Assembly (NCBI RefSeq): GCF_021028975.2
Contig: NC_059430.1
Location: 54,250,001-54,314,000, forward strand
Direction: 5' to 3'
DNA: 64,000 bases
Source of the DNA: Sphaerodactylus townsendi
Taxonomy: Eukaryota
The stretch's first letter is position 1. Each line of letters starts with the position of its first letter. A program made the position numbers and the translations under genes. A model generated the notes under the pieces. It ran no database searches, was not told where the DNA came from, and saw only the letters and a program-made list of their open reading frames with translations. Shown here in pieces: positions 38,677 through 51,460 of this stretch.

Positions 38677-41356
38677 AGTGGGTCTGCTAATAGTATTCTG
38701 TTTACACTTGCCCAGCTTTAGCTGCAATTGCTAAAGAATAATCATAGTGTTTCATAATGAGAGGAAGAAGTTGGATAACTGTTGGGTCAAATATATGTGC
38801 CCTAATCAAGGCTATAAGCAATTTTATGATTGATGATGATGCACTGATAATGCTGTAAATGTAAGTTGCTGGAAACTTCCAAGTACATGGTTTACTAAAA
38901 GGAAATGTTGAATTTTCTGTTTGCTGAGTTAATTTAACTTTGACTAATTCCTTCTTTTTTTCTAAATCAGTATAGGATTGAGTGGGAAGACAATAATTAA
39001 AATTAAAAATTTGTCATAATGTATGACAAATTTAGCTGAGTTAGGCAAATGAGCACATCTCTGAAACTTGCTTATCCTTTTCATCTCTCCTTTTAAAATC
39101 AAGAGCTGTAAGATACAGATAAGTATTCAGACCAGCATATAAGAGAGCTAGTTTGTGTTTGTACATGTCTGGTACTCAGGGATGTCAAGAAATGCATCGA
39201 CTTGTAAATTAAGGCGTTACCGTAAGTAGAAAAAGGCAGTTGTTTAATAATATGCATTTTGTTGAATCCTGTCGTTCTATGATACAAGTGAATTCATAAT
39301 AGGTTTTCCTGACGTCTCTTCACAAGATAGTCTCCTACCCCCACCCCAATATATGGGTTATGAAATCATGGGAACTAGGGTTCTCTGATGAGGAACACTG
39401 CTAAAAGAAAGAAAAAATTGAAAATCTTCTCCATACTTTCACAAGTAAAACAAGCTCTACAAATGGAACAAAAAATCAGGAGGGATGAGATTATAAATTG
39501 GGATCTCTGCCAGTTTCCCTTCTTGTACAGCCCCGCCCTATGAATTAGTTCCTATATTGTTCCTGGGGATCTGTAAGTCCTCATTAGTGGCTTTTTGGCT
39601 GACAGAGATGTTGTACTAGGTTGGGGAATTTCTTCTGCAAGCGTGCTCATCACAGAATGATTAGATTCAACTCATAATGTTTCTGTCCATTTCTAAACAC
39701 CCACAGTTATTTCTGATTTAGAATGGATTGTTTCATATGCTTTCATAACTAAATTAATGAGATAACTATGTAATCTTAATTTCCAAGAATATATGTCATA
39801 GAAATTGGTGTTAAGGCCTAAATCTGTGTTAATACACTGGCACTCTTATATAACGAAGGTGCTGATGACAGTTCGTCAAGATAATTCAATGCGTGCTGAG
39901 TGTAATCTTTCATAAAACACAAAACATTACTTTTTGTTTGTGTCTGCCTTGTTTCGCTTTTCATTAGCGGTTTGTAGCATGACTAAATGTTGGGGTCACA
40001 CTGGACACTTTTCTGTATACACATCCCATGCCCTCCCATTTTAAAAATATTCCCTTTTAATGGTATGTTGGGAATGAAGTTGAGCTTTTTGTCTAGTTCC
40101 CTAATTAACCCTTTTGGAGAGATTGTCATTTTCAATAGGTACTTCACCGTAAGAAAAAGGAGAGGCTGCAAGAGCAGTGGGGATAGGAGGAACAAGTATT
40201 CACTAGCTTCAAAATTATGGTTATATCTGGACTTAACAGGTTCTAATGCCTCACCAGGCAGTGTCCAATTTCTTTCAAAAGGAAAACTTCAAATAAAAAA
40301 ATAAGTATAGCAATTCCATTTTGTATGACATATGGAAAGTTTAACAATAGAATGTTTCATTTCCAACATCAATTCCACCATCAATTTCACTCATGCCCTA
40401 GTTGGTTCAGCCTTAGACGACAGCAAAATTAAGTCCATAAATTAGAACTGTATAACTAAATCCGTAGTATAGAAAATGTGAAATTTCAAAAGGAAAGCAG
40501 TTTCACTTATAATTCTAGCCCTTCTTGTATCAAACTGCTGGAAAGAGTGAAGATTAATATTTAAAACATTTGATGTGAATTCATGTATTAATGTGTTGTG
40601 TTCGTGCTTCATTTTTGTGTTTGTAATCTATATTAAGTATTATACTCTGAGAGGAGGCAAAAGGTCCGAGTAATATGTATTTTGTTAATCTGTTTTAACA
40701 CTTATGTGCAGTCAGATATGTGTTCAGTAGACATGTGTCCAAGTGAATATGTCACATTCCTCTGTTAGAGTCAATATGCATAAAAATATCCACTGAGTAC
40801 TAACACAGGGAAGCTACCTCCATTCAATCTCCGATATCTCCAAATAAATGTATTGTTGGCAGTTAATTTCAAAGACCTCTGCCTGAGAACCTGGAGAGCT
40901 GCTTCCAGGCTAAGTAATAGACAATACTAGTCCTAATGGACCATTCTTTTCCAGTTATAGGGTGAGCAGTTAGGATGCAGAAAAAGACTTTTTTCATTTG
41001 TTTTCTGAGCTCACAGACTAAGGGAGTGCAGATTCTTGGGTCAAATTAAAGCTATATTCCATATTATCAAAGGAGAAAAGGATGCATTGGAAGATAGAAG
41101 GTGCATTTTTGTGACCATGGCTGACAAAGGAAGAGAAATGACTGGGACTCAGGCATGATGTGGTCATACTCCCTCTGTGGGACAAGAGCTAATGATGTCA
41201 GTGAAAAATCTTCTGTGGCAAAAGGCACACAGGTGTTGAAGGCTCTTGACCTTGATCTGATTTCCTGCTGTACTTTTGGGTAAGGTCTTCTTCCTCAGGC
41301 TCTTTCTGAAGCTTGCCTGTTTTCAAGCTTGTGTGATCTGATCAGTGTAGTCAATT

Positions 41357-41613
41357 TAAGAACATAAGAACATAAGAACAAGCCAGCTGGATCAGACCAG
41401 AGTCCATCTAGTCCAGCTCTCTGCTACTCGCAGTGGCTCACCAGGTGCCATTGGGAGCTCACATGCATGATGTGAAAGCAGTGGCCTTCTGCGGCTGTTG
41501 CTTCCGAGCACCTGGTCTGTTAAGGCATTTGCAATCTCAGATCAAAGAGGATCAAGATTGGTAGCCATAAATCGACTTCTCCTCCATAAATCTGTCCAAG
41601 CCCCTATTAAAGC
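41357..41613 (-). mobile_element. CR1 3' end
   Basis: (taagaaca)n tail followed by agccagctggatcagaccagagtccatctagtccagc. Confidence 0.85.
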
Positions 41614-43029
41614 TAAATTTCCCCATTCAACATCTGTCTTTTTACCTGTGCAGGGTCAGGTGGGCCTTTGATCAAGGTCAGCATGCATTGGTGGGTGGCA
41701 GGCCTTGATATCAGAACTGGGCTTTAGAGTAACATTACAAGGACCAGAGAATGGCATGAAGGGTCCTTATTTTATATTCTATTGAGAACCATACCTTCTT
41801 AACTGTATCATAAAATCACATTCTGGACTACTGTAGAACATATAATTTGTATTTTCTCTTACATTATAGCTTTTTTCCAAAAGAAGAAGAGGCAGAAAAT
41901 GAATAATATTGGAAATATAATCCATAAAATATTACATAGCTTGATTAAAAGAACTCACTGATCTTGCACTCTCTAGTTTAGAAAGATGGTCATTCCAGAA
42001 TATGTGTATTTATGCTTCTCTTAATGTTGTATAACTTCCCTTAATTTTGAAAATATCTAGATCTATAGGACATCAAAGATCTCTACAGCATCTCCCGTAG
42101 TGGTGTGAAAATTAAAGGAAGTAACACAAACAAAGCTATAAGTTTCAAAGCTATAAGTTTCATATTGGCTTTCAGTGAAAGTGACTTTTATGTGAAATTG
42201 TTCTCTATCTTAAAAGGTTAATACCTCCATATAATCTGTTCCAGTTACACACAGCTATTTTTATTTTTATGATACTTTATGTATGAACAAGGAAACCATT
42301 GTTTTTCTCTCATCTTTTTACAGAAATCAAATATGACATAGACAGTTTGGAAAGTTCTAGACTGGCATATAAAATTTAAAAGCAGTAATCTATGCTGTAG
42401 CATTCTGTTTTCATGTCTTCTAGTGAAGGTGTGATAAAGGTTAACAGCTGGGTTGCTACAAGAGGCTAAATCGGTGTTAGTTTCCATTTAAGGAAGAATG
42501 TCTGCTGCAACCCTTGGTATTTACTAACTGCGCCTGTGAAAACATTCCTTTTCACCCTCAGACCAGCAGTCTATACCCATGCAGTTTGGAAAACCTAAGT
42601 GGACATTTTAATAATGTGAGGAAGTAGCTTGTGATTTCTAATTCTCCCTCCCCCCAGCACTTCGCAATTTTGTTGCTGCGAAGCGAATATGTTGACAGTT
42701 CTAAAAAGAGCATGTTGTGGATTTTTTTAAATAAACTATAAACATTGTAGATAAATGAATGCTGCAAATTTATGTTTCTGTTGAACTAGAGGGATAATTC
42801 ATTTCCTTTCTTTTTCTTTTCTTTTCTTGCCACCAAGTCACAGCAGACTTATGGTGATTCCATAGCACTTTCAAGGCAAGAAATATTCAAAAGCAGTTTG
42901 CCATGCCTGCCTCTGAAATGTTACATTTTTCTATATGTAGATAAAGTATTTGACCTCAGGATGTAGAGCAGAGTGCCACAGTTCAGTTACTACTAGCTCA
43001 TTATTGAATTGAAATAGGCTGTGGTACAT

Positions 43030-43430
43030 CTACTGCTAAAGCGTCTAACCCTGAACTCAGGAGAGTTTTAACAACTATTCAAGAATGTTCCATTCTTGAG
43101 CAAGGCGGCTGAGCAGATGGTGGATGAACAACTTCAAGCATTCACGGGTGAAGCAGATTGGATGCCTTCCAATCTGATTTCAACCTAGTTATAGGACTGA
43201 AGCAGCACTGGTTGTCCTGGTGGGTGACTTGCACTCAGAGATAGACAGAAGGAGTTAATTCTCCTGGATCTCTCAGTTGTTTTTGATACCATTGATCATG
43301 GTATTATTATGGGCTACTTTTCTGGGATGAAACTAGGTGGCCCTGTTTTGCAGTAGTTCCATTCCTGTCAAGAGGGTAGGTTTCAGAAGGTGGTGCTGGG
43401 GGACTGATGCTCAGTCCCTTGGCTGTTGTT
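43030..43430 (+). mobile_element. Degenerate L2 RT fragment
   Basis: NVPFLSKAAEQMVDEQLQAF, RTEAALVVLVGDL, LLDLSVVFDTIDH, RFQKVVLGD with stops and frameshifts. Confidence 0.8.
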
Positions 43431-45636
43431 TTTTTAAATGTGTGTGTATTTTATTGTGTTGTGTATTTTAATGTGATTTTAATTGGTTGAATGACGTGTT
43501 TTTGTTTTTGATCAGTCAGCTGCCTCAGTGGCACTAATGAGTGCAAAATGTGGGATATAAAGTCTGCAATTAAATAAATATTATGAACACGGCACTGGCC
43601 CACTGTTTCTCCCCTATGTGCCTGGTGCAAGTACCAGTTCTTCTTCAATGATAGCACATGTACCTCTCTAAATATTTTTCAAGAAACTGGTGGTAGTCAC
43701 TTCACATGTCTAGCAAGACTGTGCAAGCCAATACTCTGTTTGACTGTGGGAAACAGTGTAGAGGTTCTACAACATTATTTAATTTTTAGCTTAGTTTGCA
43801 GGTAGCCTATATTTGCTATTTCTTTCCAGAATAAGACAAAATAGTGTGGAGGAAAGGGCAGTGAGGAAAAGGAGAAAGGGGAGCAGATTGTTAGGCAGAT
43901 AGGCAAAAAGCAGCCAGCCCCCAGTTGCAAGTCATTGTTGGTATTTTGGAAGGGAAAAAACCTCTTGAGGAATGTTAGTAATTTGAGGAATGCTCATGTT
44001 AAGAAATAGACTAATTATCACTTGAAAGGTAGCAAGATTTTGAACATCCTGCTCTGACAAGGCACTTGTACTTCCATTGTTCAACTTGTTAGCTTTATGG
44101 CAACTCATGTAGTAACCTGGGACAAAGAGAACCTGTAGAACCTTAGTCTTGGATTATTCAGAATGAATAAGTAGTTTGCAGATGGTAGTTTCTGAGAGTA
44201 ATAGGCCATAGTGGAAGGATTTTGTTACTTGCAGAATAAACAAGTTCTTGTACCATTTGAAGGAGGCCTTAGTAAAATTCCTTTTTCAAGCTTCAGGGCT
44301 TTGTGACTTAATAAATGTACAGGAAATTTTCTTTGCTTACCAAAAATGTGGGTTTTCCCCACATTTTCAAGTATTATTAACTCTGCCTCTTACGTGTCAA
44401 TACTCAATAATCATGTACTAATAGGATGCAGCAGTTTACATCTCTGTGCGTAGGTAGTATTATGTACATTTGCACTTTTCCTTGAAGGAAAAATGTTGTT
44501 TGTTTAGATCATTTGTACCTTTCCTTTTTACTGATGTGGTTAATACCCAAGGCAGGTAATAATAAATAAAATGCAAAAATATTAAAATCTAAATTAAACC
44601 AGTTAAAAATAAATAAATTGGCATAAATTAAAAATAACTACAACATTTAAGAGAAGCCTATTCAGGCAGATTTCAAAAGTTGAAGAAGAAGAGGCAGATC
44701 CTGAAGCGGGGGCACAATTTGACAGCTTGCTTTGGGCACTGATTTCTATAGATATGCCCCTGGATAATCAAATTTGAATTGTAATCTCATTGTGTTCATT
44801 TCTTTGAGTAAAGTTACATACATTCCCTATATAATCTTGGCATACTTGAGAAGCCATTTATGACATCGGTTGTCCTTCATGCAAAAAAGGACAGCTTTCT
44901 AAGAATGAAGTTTACACAAAAATACAATTATGATAGCAAGCTCCCAAGGGGGGAAATCTCAGACTTCAGACTTGTGTACACTATGATGGCTTCACTTTAT
45001 TTTGGGAATGCCCTAACTCAATGAACTGAATATAATGAACCTACCATGTGGAATCAGGCTGTTGGCCTAGCTGTTTTATACTGTCTATCACAACTCTTCT
45101 TCCCTCAGTTCTTTGGTTCATGTATTCACTTTCATTCTCTCCTTTTCCCACACAAATGTCTGGGGAGTGAATAGATATTTTCGTCTGCATGTTCCCATAT
45201 CCCTCACAGGACATAATTTCCAGAAAAGCTTAGAAAAGTGGGGTGGAAACTGCTTCTTCTGAATTTATTTTGATCTTTCTTTGCTCATGTGTACTTTGTA
45301 GTGTCACTATTCATGGTCTCCTTCTTGAAGTCCACTACAAGTTTAACTGGGGTAAAAAACATCTTTGGGGATGTAGGTGAGCAATGGCCGTCATTCACAG
45401 GCTGGGTTTGACCTGGTTCTTTGCACACACTTCAGATTATGAAGACTAAATTATCAGTCTGGGCTTTCTGCCCAGATTTAAATTTTCCATCTGCTTTATT
45501 TCTTTTTACAGTTGCAGACATTTTTAACATGTTGTTGAAAAGAGTAAGAGCTGTGATAACAAAATGCTATAGCATCTTTCCTTCTTTATCCATTTGTTGT
45601 ATATTTAATTGGTATCCTCTAAGTATGAGGAGAAAA

Positions 45637-45790
45637 GGCAGCATGGTATAGCCCAATTTAGTCAGATCTCCGAAGCTAAAGTATGGGTAGTACTTGAAAC
45701 GTAGACCTCCAAGGGGAACTGCAGAGAAAGGTAATGGTAAACCACCTCTACTTTTCACTTGCCTTGAATGCTGGCTGTGATTTGATGGCA
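45637..45790 (+). mobile_element. 5S rRNA-headed SINE
   Basis: ggcagcatggtatagcccaatttagtcagatctccgaagctaaag head; ggtaatggtaaaccacctct...tttgatggcac tail. Confidence 0.7.
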
Positions 45791-45796
45791 CTATAC

Positions 45797-46311
45797 CAGC
45801 GATGGTGAACCTTTTCAAGACCGAGTGCCCAAATTGCAACCCAAAACCCACTTATTTATTGCAAAGTGCCAACACGGCAATTTAACCTGAATACTGAGGT
45901 TTTAGTTTAGAAAAAATGGTTGGCTCCGAGGCGTGCATTACTTGGGAGTAAGCTTTGGTGGTAGTCAGTGGCTTCACTTTGAAGCAACCGTGCAACTCTT
46001 CCAATGGGTGAATCATAGCCCTAGCAGGGTTTACTCAGAAGCAAACCCCATTGCCAGCAACCTAGCTTACTCCCAGGTAAAGGATCTCGCTTTAGTTCTT
46101 CACATGAAAATCAGTGGGGTTTAACAGCATTTAACAGGGTTATCTACACTGCTTCCCAAAAACTAGGTCTTAGATTTAATGCTAATAATCGAACCCAGTG
46201 GCCCAGGCCAGCCTAGATGTTGGAGGGGGGGGGGGGCTCTGTTTGCATGTGCCCACAGAGAGGACTCTGAGTGCCACCTCTGGCACCCGTGCCATAGGTT
46301 CGCCACTACTG
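45797..46311 (+). mobile_element. hAT non-autonomous element 125 bp upstream of the PAWR exon
   Basis: TIRs cagcgatggtgaacct / aggttcgccactactg; 8-bp TSD cactatac/cactgtac. Confidence 0.9.
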
Positions 46312-46436
46312 CACTGTACAGACACATTCTCGAAGTATATCTCATTTAACAAAACACATATTTGGTGGCTGATACATTCCTTGTGTTACTTTGAACTCTC
46401 ATGCTGATTTTAAGCATTACCATGTTTTTGTTTTAG

Positions 46437-46565
46437 AGTTTAGATGAATATGATGATGATGAAGCCGGACAAAAGGAACGCAAAAGGGAAGATGCAGTCA
46501 CACAGCAGAATACAATACAGAATGAATCAGCGAGCACTGATCCAAATTCTTCATTCATATTACAG
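46437..46565 (+). CDS. PAWR: PAWR (Par-4) internal coding exon, equivalent to human exon 3
   Basis: Acceptor tttttgttttAG and donor cag|GTGAG flank 129 nt (phase 0/0) translating SLDEYDDDEAGQKERKREDAVTQQNTIQNESASTDPNSSFILQ. This matches recalled human Par-4 CLDEYEDDEAGQKERKREDAITQQNTIQNEAVNLLDPGSSYLLQ. Confidence 0.96.
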
Positions 46566-47246
46566 GTGAGCAATTCTCTTTTCAGTTCAGTCTTGTACTA
46601 TAATGTAACACTCCTATAATGTGCTATTCTAATTTGTAAAGAGTATGTCAGATTTCTTCATCTGGCATAAGTGTAGGTTTACATAAACATTTCTTCAGTA
46701 TTCAACATCTGAGGATAATCAGTACTTTTCCATGAATAAACCTGCAACTCCTAATGGCATACTTAAAACAAACAAACGTGAACACATGTCCTCTGTCTGT
46801 AGGACTGGACATGCTATTGCAGACTCAACCAGTTGTTTATACAGTTTAACAGTTAAATGACATGTTATTAGCACTTCACGCTTTAATTGGTAAAATAATC
46901 AATGCTTTGTCTAATTGGCAAAGCCAGATTTTGAAAGGTACAGCTGGATATAAAAGACCTCTGGGTAATTTGGGTTCTTCTGCGCCACTGTGATATGTAA
47001 TGATAAAAATATTAAGGTTGACCTTTTCTTCAAACTATGAATGGAATTTGTTGCTTTTATTTTGCTTCTACTTCCAAGATGGCATATGTGTGTAGATATT
47101 GGGGATAGGTACATTTTTTCTTTATTAATCTTCTAAAATAAATGATGGATCAACAAAAAGTTCTTTTATCATTGTTGCCTTTTGTGAGTATAGTTAAATC
47201 TACATGAAATTGGGTTTAGTTATTAAAAAAACCTATTCAGAATTTT

Positions 47247-47248
<2 letters not shown>

Positions 47249-47285
<37 letters not shown>
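47249..47285 (+). repeat. (CA)n microsatellite
   Basis: Direct read. Confidence 0.95.
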
Positions 47286-47286
<1 letters not shown>

Positions 47287-47287
<1 letters not shown>

Positions 47288-47794
47288 CATATATACTCGA
47301 GTATAAGCAAACCCGAATATAAGCAGAGGCACCTAATTTTACCACAAAAAATGGGAAACTTATTGACTCGAGTATAAGCCTTCGAACTTGACTCAGTAGC
47401 AGCTAAAAACAGAAGATTTGGGAGCAAGATGAGATAGAGTTGCTTAACAGAGTTTGCATTAGGGATGAGCAGCTTTCCAGCACTCTAGGAACACAAATGA
47501 ACCACTGTTTTCCTCCAAATGTAGAATAATTCTGGGATTCATAGCCATACCAGCCAAAACTTTGCTCCAAAGGAAGTCTTTGTCTTCAGCAATATCAGTA
47601 TTCGGCAGTAAACCAATGTATGAAGAATTGTATTCATCTAGAATGCAATGCACCAATAACCCTCGATTTCTTTTAACACACACACTCCATCTACCATCTT
47701 AGAATTACCGCATATACTTAAGTATAAGCCGAGGGGGGCTTTTTTAGCCTAAAAAATGTGCTGAAAAAGTCGGCTTATACTCGAGTATATATGG
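47287..47794. mobile_element. pogo-like MITE with unrelated internal segment
   Basis: ccatatatactcgagtataagc...gcttatactcgagtatatatgg-TA TIRs, with internal TIR-like copies at about 47365 and 47706. Confidence 0.8.
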
Positions 47795-48649
47795 TAATTA
47801 GTTGTTTGCAGACTTACAGGCGAGAATTCCGTGGAACATTTCAAATTGAATATTGACTTTATGTAGCAAATGTTCTATCTTGTGTAGTTTTTTCATTGCA
47901 TTGAATAAAACAGCATGTTTCGATATTGCATATGTTACATATTCAGTTGTCTTGATGTTATTAGCATAAGAGTCTTTTAAAATACAAACATATGGTTGTT
48001 AATCTACATTCTTAAATTGCTTCTCGGGGGCAGCACTGTAATCAAACCTAGAAAGCTGCCTTGAGTGCCACAAAGTAGAAAGGCATCTAAAAAATCATTT
48101 GTATGCATACATACCAACCCACAAAATTTAAATACTTTGCCTTATGTTTTGTGACATGGCTCCTATTGCAGATTCTGGATTTAAATTAACCTGTATTTGA
48201 ATCCTCACTGTAGTAGTCATGTCCTTCTAGACGTAATAAACAGATGTGCTCTGTTTTCCCAGTGCCCCTTTATCACTGACAGTGAACACTATTCACCTGC
48301 CCCCATTGTAACATTAATACTTTTATAATTTAACATATATTAATTAATTTTATCAATCAGTTTATAATTATGATTTTAATAATGCAACTGCCCGTGTTCA
48401 TCAGGAAAGGATCTTGTTTTACAGAAAGCCAAACAGGAGGTCATTATAACTCTGGGAGTACTAGATTTTAACACTTGCTGCAGCTGACTGCCTGTTTATT
48501 CTCAGAATGTTCTGCAGATGATGCAGACTGCTTCCTTTCCTGAGGCCATAAACTGAATCAAGCAGCAGTTCTGAAAGGAAGGTAGGAATACGTTCCAAAA
48601 CCAGCCCCTTTATCACAGACTTTATCACCCTGCTAGCCTGCTTCCTGGC

Positions 48650-49020
48650 ATGGGTGGAGAATTTGCATTTTATATCACTGCTGCATTGTGAGTTGACATT
48701 TTCATCAAGTATCCATTACAACCACAAAGACCTCTTTCCCAAATAGTCACTCCAGCAAACAGTTCATCAGTTTGTGTTTAAAAGTTGGGATTTTTCATTC
48801 CAGTGTGTATTATCTTAAACTGAAATTAATTTGCCATTTTGTCACCCATTCATCAGGAAAAATATTTTTGGAGTTTCTCACAGCCAATTTTGAAGCTCTT
48901 CACAATCCTAAATCATTTAATCTAGACAGTATAAGAACAAATTGAATAGTACCTGCCCTAATAACAGTTTCTGTAGAACCCTATTGCTTACTTTTCTTCT
49001 TTGCTGGAACTGCTCACTTC
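48650..49020 (-). mobile_element. Old CR1 ORF2 fragment
   Basis: aaattaatttgccattttgtcacccatt and ataagaacaaattgaatagtacctgccctaataacagtttctgtagaaccc are degenerate reverse complements of the WQM.FN and GVPQGSVLGP.LFN regions. Confidence 0.6.
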
Positions 49021-49039
49021 TATTCTGTTATTCCTGTTG

Positions 49040-50817
49040 TTTCCTTTGCTGATCTCCCACTGAACAGGTGGACATTTGGTGGGTGTTTCCTACCTATTAT
49101 CCAGGGAGGCAGGAACAAATTGACAACTTCCTGTTTCTTGTGGCAGTCACCCCTTGATTTCTGTTTTCTTCCCTGCCTCACAGGAAGAAGCAGTAGGTTG
49201 CTGTACTTTTGCTTCTTAGTTTTCAGTCTCAAGGCATTTTACACCCTTGAGCTTCCTTTCTATTAGCCCCTGCAAGGTTTATTCCCTCTCAACTCTCCCT
49301 TCCATCTTTTGAAACTCCCCACCTCAGTTTGCTCCCACATTGGGAGAATTATTACAGACGTGGTAGAATAAAGCCTTGCCTAAGGTGAGCATTATGCAAA
49401 CTGATGATGATGATGACAGCTTGCTCTTAGAGGAAGATTGGAGGTATTGATCATGGGCCGGGTGGTCATGACCTAAGAGGCTGCCTTGACCTTAGCGAGT
49501 CAAGGAACCACATCAGCCATGGCTCTGTACAAAAAAGGTGGCAATTGACCCAAAATGTTGGCTGCCACCCCCAGAGTTCCTGCCAAAGTTGCAGCCGAGT
49601 CCCTTGCCTCTCATGGAGAACTGGAGTTTGCTCCCATGGCAGGTGCAGCAGAGAAGGTGCACAGAGTAATGATATCCAGCCCCAGGCTTCCCCGCTCTTT
49701 CCTGATATGTTAAGGGAGGAAATGGCAGCCTTCACAAGGGCAGAGGTGGTGGCAATCCTTCAAGAGGGCCCATTCACAAGCACTCTCCTGGGTTTTCTGA
49801 GGAGCAATTGAAGGCAGAATGAGAGAAATCCACATCTTATAGGCAAGGCACTGGGTTTGTTAAAAAGCTTTATTTGTTCTTCTCACACTAATGAGCTATT
49901 GCAAGTATCTCCTATAGATGCCCCCATCACAGCCCTTCAGTTCTCTGGGCTCATACTGGAGGATGGGGAAGGCCATATTCAAGAGAACATTGATTGGAAG
50001 GTGGATCAACTGTCCAGCAAAATGCATGAGGCTATATCCATGGCCATCTGGGCTTCAGCAATGGCATCCACAGTGTCAAAGGCAGCCATTGTCTGGACAT
50101 GGAAGATCCATCGACTTCTTCCTGAGCCTGAACTGTGGCTCCATGAGGGAGCTTCCAGGGTTCTAAACACAGTGTCCTTTTCTGTACATGCAGCTCTGGA
50201 TGCCATGACATTTTGCATCAGGGCTATGGCTTCTGTGACCACAACCAAACACCTTCACTGGCTTAGAGCACTCCTAGTTTATCATCATGGCTTATTTGTT
50301 TCAAGGGGAAAAGCTGTTTGGAGAAGCCCTCAATCACATTATTGTTGAATCCAACGATAAGACCAAGGTGATACCCTGGACCCTTCATAAGAGATCTAGA
50401 AAGGGACCCTGCAGCTACTCCTTTTGGAGCCAACATACCCTCCCTTGCTTCAGATGGAACAATCATAGATCCAGCTAGAATGTCCCCCAGCAGTTCACCA
50501 TAAAAGGCAGATTCAACCACAAGTTCACTCTCAAGGGACTGATCAGAAGGGAAAAAACAAACCCTGACTCATCTGGCGTGCGTGCGTGCGTGGCGGGATG
50601 GGGGGAGATTGGTTCTATTTGCAGAGACATGGCAAAGTTCTGACTAGGACCCCTGGGCTCTAGAAGTAGTGTTCCAGTCTACACCATCTAGCCATCCCAC
50701 TGGGGCAACTCCTTCTCTCCCCCTGATACCACATCTTTAGACATAACGTTATCAAATGGTGTGAAGAGGGAAAACTGGCCCTATGAATGTAAAGTGGCCA
50801 GGACAGATGACTGTTGA

Positions 50818-50820
<3 letters not shown>
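49040..50820 (+). mobile_element. DIRS1-like tyrosine-recombinase retrotransposon, 5' portion (terminal repeat, gag, start of RT)
   Basis: Gag/LAP2alpha-like PIDAPITAL...EDGEG...DWKVD...HEAISMAIWASAMASTVSKAAIVW...HWLR...FQGEKLFGEAL (49857-50478), then GGRLVLFAETW...DPWALEVV, the typical DIRS RT start at about 50600. Confidence 0.85.
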
Positions 50821-50876
<56 letters not shown>

Positions 50877-50886
50877 ACGTGTGTGT
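50821..50886 (+). repeat. (GT)n microsatellite
   Basis: Direct read. Confidence 0.95.
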
Positions 50887-50942
50887 CAGTATGGCACATT
50901 TTTAATTGAAATTCACACCCCTCAGTAGACTATCCCAGTGTA

Positions 50943-51460
50943 ATGAATCATAGAGTTGGAAGGGGCCATAGAGGGTCCAAGACCCTGTTGAATGCAGTAT
51001 CAGCCTCAAGCATTCCAGGCAGATGTTTGTCCAGTCACTGCTTAAAGATTGCCAGTGTGGGCGAACCCAGGCAACTGATTCCACTGTTGCAGAACTCTTA
51101 CTGTAATTTATTTCCCCTAATATCCCGTCGGAATCTTTCTGCATGTAATTTATACCCATTATTGCAAGTCTTATCCTCTGCTGCCAACAGGAACTGCTCA
51201 CTGTCTTCCTTGATACTTAAAGAAAGCAATCATCCCTGCCCACTCAATCTCCTCTTCTCCAGACTAAACTTTCCCAAGTCCCTCAGCCTTTCCTCAAAGG
51301 GCTTGGTCTCCAGACCCCTGATCCTCCTCATCACTCTCCTCTGCACCAGCTCCATTTTGTCCACATTTTTTTTAAAAAGTGAGGCTTCCAGAACTGCACA
51401 CAGGACTCCAAGTGAAGTTTGACCAATGCAGCATACAGTGGAACTATGACATCTTGTGAT
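50943..51460 (-). mobile_element. CR1 3' fragment
   Basis: FKKNVDKMELVQRRVMRRIRGLETKPFEERLRDLGKFSLEKRRL; tail ccccttccaactctatgattc on the minus strand. Confidence 0.92.

Noticed and set aside
39385-39415. ctgatgag...gaaa hammerhead-like words
   Set aside because: No pairing for stems I-III around the motifs.
44651-44680. ttcaggcagatttcaaaag resembling the PAWR SGRYKS exon
   Set aside because: Lies upstream of the exon-3 equivalent and lacks a polypyrimidine acceptor; the real exon is at 60813-60847.
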